In this document: positions 27,330-37,222 of the stretch, in pieces
Numbering within the stretch: position 1 is the first letter of the stretch
Layout: every line of letters starts with the position of its first letter
NCBI RefSeq assembly: GCF_039654945.1
Contig: NW_027361937.1
Span: 8,308,001-8,372,000 of the forward strand
Direction: 5' to 3'
Length of the DNA stretch: 64,000 nt
DNA from: Dendrobates tinctorius
Lineage: Eukaryota
Position numbers and translations under genes: made by a program
Notes under the pieces: model-generated
What the model saw: only the letters and a program-made list of their open reading frames with translations
Database searches by the model: none
Told to the model about the DNA's origin: nothing

Positions 27330-27862
27330 GGTTATGGTATTGCAACAGCCAGTGGACATACCAGTAATAGAGAGATACAGGGTGATTGGGATCAGGAAAG
27401 ATGGGTTATGGTATTGCAGCAGCCAGTGGACATACCAGTAATAGAGAGATACAGGGTGATTGGGATCAGGAAAGATGGGTTATGGTATTGCATCAGCCAG
27501 TGGACATACCAGTAATAGAGAGAAACAGGGTGATTGGGATCAGGAAAGATGGGTTATGGTATTGCAGCAGCCAGTGGACATACCAGTAATAGAGAGATAC
27601 AGAGTGATTGGGATCAGGAAAGATGGGTTATGGCATTGCAGCAGCCAGTGGACATACCTGAGGAGGAAACAGATCGATTGTCAGATTGATAGCAACAATG
27701 GAGCACAGTAATCATAATAGTGAAGCATCTACAGCAGGGAGTTATGTCTGGCATATTTCTGATGTTTTCCTTAAAAAACACATCCTTGCAAAAGACAGCC
27801 CATATGCCCTTGCAATAGACAATCTGTCTATATGGGCATGTAGGTCATAGGAAGCTGATTAA

Positions 27863-29529
27863 CCCCTCAGTGACTGAACCAATTTTTACAATTCTGTAAA
27901 CTGTCAATTTATGTGGTTATAACTCTGGAGCGCTTCAACGGATCCCGCTGATTCTGAGACTATTTTTCATGACATATTGTACTTAATGTTAGTGGTAGAA
28001 TTTATTCGATATGACTTGTGTTTATTTATGAAAAAAATGGAAATTTGGTAAACATTTTGAAAATTTAGCAATTTTCAAACTTAATTTTTGTGCCCTTAAA
28101 TCAGAGAGTCATATCACACAAAATAGTTAATAAATAACATTTCCCACATGTCTACTTTACATCAGCACAATTTTGGAAACATATTTTTTTGTTTGGATGT
28201 TATAAGGTTAAACGTTGACCAGCGATTTCTCATTTTTCCAACAAAATTTACAAAAAACATTTTTTTTAGGGACCACCCCACATTTGAGTGAGTTTGGGGG
28301 GATAATAACAGAAAATACCCCAAAGTGACACCATTCTAAAAATTGTACCCCTCAAGGTGCGCAAACCACATTCAAGAAGTTTATTAACCCTTCAGGTGCT
28401 TCACAAGAACTAAAGCAATGTGGAAGGAAAAAATGAACATTTTACTCTTTTCACAAAAAATTTACAAACTTTTTTATTTTCACAAGGGTATCAGGAGAAA
28501 ATGAACCATAAACTTTGTTGTGCAATTTCTTCTGAGTGTGCCGATACCTCGGATGTGGGGGAAAGCCACAGTTTGTGCACATCGCTTTTTGAACGCAAAA
28601 TTAGCTGGACTCATCGGCGGGTGCCATGTTGTGATTGGAGACCCCCTGATGTACCTAAACAGTGGAAACCTCCCAATTCTAACTCCAACCCTAACACAGC
28701 CCTAATCCCATCCATAACCCCAACACATCCCTAACCCTAATCCCAACCGTAGCCATAACCCTAACCACAACACCTAACCACAACACCACCTTAACCCAAC
28801 ACCACAACCCTACCCCTAACACAACCATAATCCCATTCCTAGCTCCAACCCCAACCCTAGCGCCAGCCATAACTATAGCCCTAACCATAACCCTAGCCCA
28901 ACTCTAGCCCCAACCCTAAACCTAGCCCCAACCTTAACCCTAGTCCCAACCCTTACACTAGCTGTAACCCTATCCCCAACCCTAACCCTAGCTCTAACCC
29001 CAACATTAACCCTAATGGAAAAATGGAAATAAATACATTTTTTTATTTTTACCTAACTAAGGGAGTGATAAAGGGGGGCTTGATTTACTATTTTTAATTT
29101 TTATCACTGTAATAGGGTCTATCACAGTGATCAAAATGAACCAATAGGAAATATCTCCTATTGTTGCTGCTTATTCCCAGAAGAAGATGCCGAGGGCCCA
29201 ACCGGAGGGACTGGAGTCACAGAAGGTACTGGGGGGGCTTGGGGGACCCCATTTCTCTCTCCACTGAAGTGCTAGATCATATGAGAGGATCGAGAAATAA
29301 ATAGGAAGTCTAACTTTTTTTGCTGTCGTCATCATTCCATGAATAACGGTGATTGCAACTCTGAGGTCAGGAAAAAAATGACCCGAGTCATGTTTTTCAG
29401 ACCCCGGAGATTTTCAGATGTTGGAGGGTGCTATAACCTTATTTCTCAGTGCCGTTAAAAGGCGGCACTGAAGAATTAGTACCCTTAACTGCCGCCGTTA
29501 GAAAAGGCATATCGGCGGTCATTAAGGGG
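27863..29529. mobile_element. Non-autonomous piggyBac-like element
   Basis: TTAA|cccctcagtgac ... ggtcattaagggg|TTAA; no ORF. Confidence 0.8.
28678..29015 (+). repeat. Degenerate telomere-like (CCCTAA)n tract
   Basis: Hexamer-periodic ccctaa/ccctag/ccccaa variants. Confidence 0.8.
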
Positions 29530-30676
29530 TTAAAATGATACCTTGGTATCTGCGATCCGATGTCTTATTGCAGAGAAATACACAATTTTCTTAATATGCA
29601 AATGAGTTTTTATGATAAATTTGCCCAACATAGATCTCCCTGAGAATCTGCCGTCAAAGCTTATTTTAAATGAAACTAAGCGTTACCAGTCTGAGACATG
29701 TAGATCAGGAGAGCAGACTGTCAGTCATTACATGTCTCTCACTGATAACAACCACTTACATTTAATATAAGCTCTCGAGGTAGCCTTTCGGGGAGATCTA
29801 TTTCCCAATAAGATCTTAATAGCTCATTTACATATGAGAAAAACGCCGATATCTTTGTAATAAAACATCGCATATATCTAGATAACATTTTATTCAGCTT
29901 TCTATGACCTACATGCCCATATAGACCGCTTCCTACCGACAGAATCTATTTTAGTGGCAGATTATTTGTTACAATATGGCGCTTTACTTTGGCACTGTAT
30001 ACCATTATTTGGACATTGTATGGCACATTATATGGAGGTTGTGGTATATTATATGACCACTACATGATTTCATATGTTAAATATTGGTGTTTTCTATATT
30101 GGTTCTGATGAGTTTATTCGACACCAAGCCACAGTCTTTCTGTTTGAAAGCCTGAGCAAAGATAATGAATAGCGGCACTCACCTTGCCCGTCAATGAAAT
30201 CCTTTATTCTTAATCACGGGGTATTCATGCAGTGTGCAGGGGGAGAACATGATGAAGGCCTTTTCATGTTTCCTTGTCCATGTCCCGGATTTTGGAATAA
30301 AGGACTTAATTTTTTTACGGACTTGTGAGTGCCACTTTCCTCTACTTATTACATATAGTATTCTATATGGGCAATAATTAAAAACTGCTCCCCATACTTA
30401 TGCAATGTGCTATTTGCATTCTCCAAAAAAAAAAAACTCCATTATAAGCAAAAAATGTGGGGAAAGTAATGGCAGTACTGCGCCTCAATAACTCAAGTCT
30501 TTTGGCGGGAGGAGCTAAAATACATTTCTGCACTGGATGTAGAATACGACAGATGCCTTATTGGTTCTAAGAATGTCATAATTAGTGCTGTGGTCTTCTC
30601 CTCTCCCTAGAATGTGCTCAGATGCACAACCAGCAATTTAGTGCCCTCTACTTTCTTACTGTCTTAGGAGAAAGTG

Positions 30677-32507
30677 ATGTCACCCTTGAAATTGATCCAG
30701 AAAACGGCCAAAATGACCAAACAAAATCGTTGGCACCCTCAACTTAATATTTGGCTGCCCGCCTTTTGGAATAAATAACTGGAATCAATCCTATAACCAT
30801 CAACAAGCTTCTTACACGTCTACACTGGAATTTTGCACCACTCTTCTCTTCTTTTGAAAACTGCTCCATGTCTCTCATATTTGAAGGTTGCCTTCTCCCA
30901 ACAGCAATTTTAAGATCTCTGGCTCATTGCTGGCCACTTCATAACTCTCCAGCGCTTTGTTTCCATCCATTTCTTGGTGCTTCTTGAGGTATGTTTGAGG
31001 TCATTGTCCTGCTGGAAGACCCATGACCTAGGATGCAAACCCAGGTTTATGACATTGGGCACTGCATTGCAACCTTAAATACTTTGGTAATCTTCAGATT
31101 TAATGATGCCTGCACACATTCAAGGCACACAGAGCCAAAGGCAGTAGAACCACCCCATAACATCTTTGAGCCTTCACCATATTTGACTGTAGTGTTCTTT
31201 TCTTTGTAGGCCTCATTCCATTATTGGTAAACAGTAAATTGATGTGCTTTACCAAAAAGCTTTATCTTGGTCTTATCTGTCCACAAGACATTTTCCCAGA
31301 AGGGTTTTGGCTAAAGGGCATGTCACACTAAGAGATATCGCTAGCAATATTGCTATAACTAGTGACGTTATAGCGATATTGCTAGCGATATCTCTGTGTC
31401 TGATACTTACCTACGACCGGCTCCCCCGCTGGTTATCGCTGATCGCGCGAGAACGTTCAGGACTGTTTCTCGTCGTCAGCTTCCTGCGGCGCTTCCTGCT
31501 GTGAGGACGAGCGATGCGTGGAGCCGGGCGGGAGGACGCAGGATCGCCTGGTGTGACAGGTAAGTAGCGATCCCCGTCCCCTGCGATGTCGCTGGTGAGA
31601 TCTGCCTGTGTGGCAGCTCACTAGCGACCACTTAGCGATGTACCAGCGATCCTGACCGTCATATCGCTGGTCGGGATCGCTGGTACATCGCTAAGTGTGA
31701 CAGTACCTTTACTCACGTACATTTTGGCAAACTGCAGTCTAGCTTTTTTAGGTCTCTGTGTCAGCAGTGGGGTCTTCCTGGGTCTCCTGCTTCAACATTT
31801 AATTTCATTAAAATGTCGACGGATAGTTTGTGCTGACACTGATGTACCCTGAGCCTGCAGAACAGTTTGAATTTCTTTGGAACTTTAATGGGGCTGCCTA
31901 TCCACCATCCGTACCATCCGGCGTTGCAACCTTTAATCAATTTTTCTCTGTTGTCCGCATCCAAGGAGATTAGCTACAGTGCCATGGGTTGCAAACTTCT
32001 TGATTATGTTGCGTACCGTGGAAAAAGGAACATGAAGATCTCTGGAGATGGTCTTGTAACCTTGAGATTGTTGTTATTTTTCAACAATTTTGGTTTTCAA
32101 GTTCTCAGACAGTTCTTCTCTTTCTGTTCTCCATGCTTAGTGTGAAACACACAGTCAAAAATGCAAAGATTGAGTCAACTTCTCTCCTTGTTATCTGGTT
32201 TCAGGTGTAATTTTCCTATTGCCCACACCTGTTACTTGCCACAGTTGAATTTAAACATCACATGCTTGAAACAAAGTTGTTTACCCACATATTTGGAAAG
32301 GTGCCAAAATTTTGTCCAGCCATTTTGGGGTTTTGAGTGAAATGATGTCCAATTTGCCCATTTTTTTCCCTGTTTTTTTTTTTTTTTGTGTTGTTCCAAA
32401 ATACATTAAAGAAATAAACACTTTTCATAACAAAACTTGTGTAATTGCATTAATTTTTTGGGATAAATACTTAATTTCAAAGGTGGCAACACTTTCGACC
32501 ATGACTG
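30677..32507 (-). mobile_element. Decayed Tc1 transposon interrupted by a MITE
   Basis: Minus strand encodes WVFQQDND; end ..cgaccatgactg; same family as 63210-63942. Confidence 0.75.
31315..31708. mobile_element. PIF/Harbinger-like MITE, copy 2
   Basis: TAA/TTA flanks, agggcatgtcacac...gtgtgacagtacct; homologous to 6292-6681. Confidence 0.75.
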
Positions 32508-34342
32508 CTGTATATACTGTATAATCCATCTGAATACTACCATGTCCCAGAATGAGCAGCAGACAAAAGTACACATGAGATGTGTAGGCTGCCTAAACTA
32601 GATGCCATTTTTTGTACCAATACTGTAGATATGCAGCCTCTATACTGTTCATCATATCGTGATACCGCAATGCGCCATCGCTGGTAACAAATTCAGCTCT
32701 GATACATTAGCATCATACATGTGCATCTTTTATGGACATTCTGTTACTCAGGCTAGAATAGGTTCAAGTACAAAGCAGAAAGTCGACTAAAAGGTGCACA
32801 AACATGAAGCTAGTAGAGCAAAGCTGAATTTACTATCGCAGATGTCGCATTGTGATTCCCAACATATATGAACAGATGTAGCGGAGCTGAAATTCCCAGG
32901 ACTGACCCTGAGTTTTATCAGATTTGTTGCAAATCCTAATTGCATGTAACTTAACAATAAACTAAAATATGCAGTTATTATTTTGTATTTGGCCTTTTTA
33001 TGAGGTCTGGTTATTAAAATAAATATCAGAACAGAAAAAGTCCCAGCACCAGTACCTGTCTGCTGATGTGCGAATGCCCAGTAAAACAACGTGGTGAAGA
33101 TCCAGACGAGGAGGAAACTCGGGTGCTTGCTGGAAAAGAAGACAACCACAATGTCCCGAAAATAGAAGAGGCAGCATTTACCGTTCCTGATGCAATCCTT
33201 TATTCAAAGACATGGACACATGGCGATGGGAGATATGTGGACAGGAGCGGACTACGGCCGTTTTGCGCTGTGATGCAGTGTATAAAAAAAACCGTTGTCA
33301 CCTACATGCCTGCTGTCCTGGTCCTCCACATTAGTGCCCAATACGGCCAGAAAGTTCCCCGAGAATAGCACATCAGGTGTTCCGTTATTCTAGTTGTATT
33401 TCTACATTCTCAAGGAAACAAGAACATTTTACACATTTATCTATGCTCATTTAATCACTGTCATGAAATGATAGGATTGTGGTCACCGTGATTTAACAAA
33501 ATTCTGTATCCGTCATAAAATCCAATATTTCTTTTAAGAAAAAGTCCATTCTGAGACATTGATTTCCCGGGAGGTAGAAAAGATGGATGCTTTTTTTATT
33601 GCATGTACAATAGCTGGTCTTTTTCTTGTTCAGGATTTAAAAGAATCTGGAGAAAAGGACATTAAAGGAAAGGGGATAATTATGATGTCCAAAGTGATGA
33701 AAGTTTAAAAGACAAAAAAATTGAAGAGGAAAGCTGTAATTGAAGGATTCACATCTGTGTTTTGGAGCCAATCCTGGTTTTCTCAAACAAATACTGATGA
33801 AACACTGACTAAAATTACAGTGTGAAAAGACCTAAGGCTGCTAAATAACAGAGCGCATGGGTGCATTTTAATGCCTGTGTAATATGCGCCATGCCTGGAC
33901 CTGCCGTGATTCAACTGAACCTCTCGACACCCTATGGCTCCTTTCACACAAGTTTATTTTTTTTCTGTATTCCATCCGTTTTTTCTACACATAATACAAA
34001 GCAAATGTTAATCTATGGAGCTATTCACATGGGCATATAAACAAGGTGTGCATTTTAACCCTTCCTCGATATGTGATGGAAATATATGTCACATGTTGGG
34101 TATGAATGTTTAAGGAACAGAACCTGCTCCTCCTACATCAACTGCTGGCTGTACTGTACAGCTAACACCAACCTGCAATCAAAAGCAACCGCAGCACCTA
34201 AATGGTTAGACAGAAGGAGGTGCCTCTCTGACATCCCATCCTTCAATCTCCTCCTTTTACACAACAGAAATCTAAATTACTTCCGTTTCTATGGTAGAAT
34301 TTGTTACCAAACTATATACTGTAGGAAGTATAGTGGAAGAAA

Positions 34343-34347
<5 letters not shown>

Positions 34348-34387
<40 letters not shown>
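34348..34387. repeat. (TA)n microsatellite
   Basis: ~20 TA units. Confidence 0.95.
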
Positions 34388-34390
<3 letters not shown>

Positions 34391-35531
34391 TATATGCATA
34401 CATAATAGAGGAGCACATTGGATTTTTATCTTAACCACTAGAGGACTGCATGGTCTGAATTGGAGGAGCGATCTACTACATACAACCCGAAGACCAGCTG
34501 TTATTAGCTCTATCAGCAGCTGGATGTAAACCTGGTACAGAACACTACAGATTTGAACACTATTGCATATGAGTAGAGTTGAGCGACTTTTGGTTTTTTA
34601 GGGTCGAGTTTCGTTTCGTGAAACCCGACTTTTCCAAAAGTCGGGTCGAGCAAGATCGGCCGATTATAGGGAAAAGTCGGGGTCGTCCCGAAACACGAAA
34701 CCCAATGTAAGTCAATGGGGAATAAAAGTCGGCAGTGAGAGGAGGACAGGAAACACACCTACACTGATCATTTGAATGCCAAAAGCATCAATTCTTCTTA
34801 CTTAAGCTGGTCAACCTTAATTAACTTCATAATACAAGTTACGCACTGAAAAATGGGGGTTATTTGGCTAAAGTTGTGGGGGGTAGGGCTGGCTCCAGGT
34901 TTTCATGTGCCCTGGGCGAAAGAGCGCCCCTTTAACACATACCACAACTCATCATGCTCCGATACGGCAGAGAAATAGCGGTATAGTACAATGAAAAATA
35001 CTTCACTTTTTACATCTCATGACGAGGCCCATCTATTTCTCCATACAGAATCATTGGTCCCATATAATGTTTGAAACAGTATATGATGAGCTCCACATAA
35101 TGCTACAGTATATGTTGGTCCCCATGGATGAATCTCCACTGTCTTATGGGCCCAAATAATGCTCCAAACATAATGGGCCCCATTTCTAATGCTCTAGTGT
35201 ATAATGGGCTCTGTAAATGCTGCTCCAGTGTCTGATGTCCACCTTTGGAATGTTCCAGTGTATGGTGGGCCCCATCTGTCATTCTCCAGAGTATAGTGCT
35301 CCCCAAAAATTGCTGTCCCAACATTGAAAACAATCAAATAAGTCTCCTCGCTAGGGAATCCCTGTACTAGTCTGGACTCCTCGTCTTCCCCATCTTCCAT
35401 CTCACTGCACAGTATTTCAACCTTGCAAGTGCTGTGATCCTGAGCAAGCGGGGGGGCCCACTCGTTGGCGACGGCACTGGCACAGGGCCCCTGATAGTAC
35501 GGTGGTGTGTCTGATGGTGGGTGGGCCGAAC

Positions 35532-35708
35532 CTGCACTTTCATCTGCAGCTTCCTCTTTGTCACCGTGTAAGATGGAACTGTATATGGGAAGGGTAACCT
35601 GAGTTTCATCAGGGTCAGATTCAGGCCGTGTAGCGTGCGAGGGGAATGTAGTGGTCTGGGTCAATGTACCAGCAGATTCATCGAGCAGTGGCTGGGCATC
35701 AGTGCACT
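35532..35708 (-). pseudogene. Duplicated fragment of the hAT transposase N-terminal region
   Basis: CTDAQPLLDESAGTLTQTTT..PESDPDETQV matches CTDAQPLIDDSAGTFTQSTT..PDSDPDETQV in the main ORF. Confidence 0.85.
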
Positions 35709-35817
35709 TGTGTCGCCCCCAGGAGTACGGTCGCCACAGTGGCATTACCTTCCTCCTAGGGAGTGTGATTTCATGCTTGGGAGCAACGAAGGATCTCTCT
35801 AGCAGGTTAACTGATTG

Positions 35818-36290
35818 GGCGGCGTTATTCCCACGAGTCATGACCCTCCAAACAGCGTTCATGAAGGCAAAGTGTTTGTTTTACGTGGGCAGTATGGTTG
35901 CAAAGCTGAACCTTAAAGGAATGTCCAGAAGGGCACCACCAGGAGTGGAGCCTACGGTTAAATTCGACTCCACCTGGGAAACCTCAACCATGCCAGCTAC
36001 AGAACAGATGCACACATTGCAAGCTTAATTCCGTTAACGAACGAGACTCCGTCATGCCCCGCGGTCTGAGTCCGGCTTACTAGAGGGACACGTGAGGCTC
36101 TGGCACATGAGATTGGCCAATAACTGGTGTGTCATGCCCTTACATGTCCGTGGCTGCATGTGCGCTACACTGAAAAGGCCAGCGTTTGTCGCTTACAGGT
36201 GCAGATAACCCGCTGAACAACGTTAGTGATGGGGATCACTGATTACAATTATTACCCGCGAACGATGATTTCCCAGTAAGTGCAGGTCAA
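35818..36290 (+). pseudogene. Diverged 18S rRNA-derived segment (part of the 3' half of the SSU rRNA) inside the hAT
   Basis: Collinear matches to remembered 18S motifs: GGCGGCGTTATTCCCA, AGTATGGTTGCAAAGCTGAA-CTTAAAGGAAT, GAAGGGCACCACCAGGAGTGGAGCCT, TTAATTCCG-TAACGAACGAGACTC, TAGAGGGACA, CAATAAC..GT-ATGCCCTTA-ATGTCC, GCGCTACACTGA, GTGATGGGGATC, TTCCCAGTAAGTGC-GGTCA. Confidence 0.93.
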
Positions 36291-36399
36291 CCGCAGTTCC
36301 GGAATTAGGCCTAACCGTCATTCCTGAAAAAATGAAAAACTTACGTGTGCAAACCACAGGTGCTGTAGCTTGCTTAACAGCTCGCCAGCCGTTCTCACG

Positions 36400-36800
36400 C
36401 CCAGTATGGATTACACGTGATTGCACAAAGGTGAGAAAGGGTACCGTATCCCAGGATAACATGTATGGATAGCGTACACATTCAAAATATATGTCTATAC
36501 ATCAGGAGGCAGGCTCAGACGGTGTTAGGCCCAGTATGGCTTGCACGTGATTGCACAAAGGTGAGAAAGGGTACCGTATCCCCGGATAACATGTATGGAT
36601 AGCGTACACATTCAAAATATATGTCTATACATCAGGAGGCAGGCTCAGACGGTGTTAGGCCCAGTATGGCTTGCACGTGATTGCACAAAGGTGAGAAAGG
36701 GTACCGTATCCCCGGACAACATGTATGGATAGCGTACACATTCAAAATATATGTCTATACATCAGGAGGCAGGCTCAGACGGTGTCAGGCACAGTATGTA
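36400..36800. repeat. 130-bp tandem array, 3 near-identical units
   Basis: cccagtatgg at 36400, 36530, 36660 (variant at 36790). Confidence 0.92.
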
Positions 36801-37222
36801 TTGGACGGCCCAGACTACACAGTGGAGGAGCAGGGAGAGGTAAAGATTGCAAATGCTGGGGCCCTGCCCAAGCAAGGGGGGCCCACTCGTGGGCGTCGGT
36901 ACTGGCACTGGGCCCCTCATAGTACGGCGGTGTGTCTGACGGCGGGTGTGCACCACCACCGTCAGAGACACTTGATTGCACTATGAGGGACCCTGTGCCA
37001 GTGCCCGCGCCCAAGAGTCGGCCTACCCACCTGTCCAGGGCAACGGCACTCGCACGGTGTTGTGCACTAGGTGGTGACCCCGGCCATGGGGGGGGGGGGC
37101 AGCACAGTTAGGGAGTTTTAGAAAGTGGCATATGTTGATGTTGGACATTCAGCTAATGCAAAAGGCGAAATAGGTCAAGTCCCAGGAAGAGGTGGACCAA
37201 AGCAAGCCATTTTTCTGTCACC

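Larger units (their letters stand above)
24980..27660. repeat. 74-bp minisatellite interrupted by two solo-LTR copies
   Basis: Unit gcagccagtggacataccagtaatagagagatacagggtgattgggatcaggaaagatgggttatggtattgca, ~12 copies in three blocks. Confidence 0.92.
22453..27822 (-). mobile_element. L2 LINE 5' part: decayed APE endonuclease and RT start (22453-24540) plus long 5' region
   Basis: [62 protein letters not shown]; frameshifted. Same strand as 11205-11911. Confidence 0.85.
11171..29950. mobile_element. Kolobok/T2-like MITE split by later insertions (pieces 11171-11204, ~27824-27862, 29530-29950)
   Basis: Left piece agggaatctgtcagtagg...ttaact continues at ~27824 ctgtctatatgggcatgtaggtcatagg. 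The joined arm is the reverse complement of the right end ...ctatgacctacatgcccatatagac..cctaccgacagaatct. Confidence 0.65.

Noticed and set aside
33160-33290. Penelope-like 3' end remnants (also 30170-30335)
   Set aside because: Only tttatt, donor-like and half-core motifs remain; no complete ribozyme or boundaries.
35712-35815. Weak resemblance to bacterial 16S motifs (ggagtacggtcgc; gtgatttcatg..gcaacgaagg) just upstream of the 18S segment
   Set aside because: Matches are short and could be decayed 18S or chance; needs a profile alignment.
35651-36028. 125-aa ORF containing MVAKLNLKGMSRRAPPGVEP
   Set aside because: This is the spurious translation of 18S-derived sequence, not a protein.
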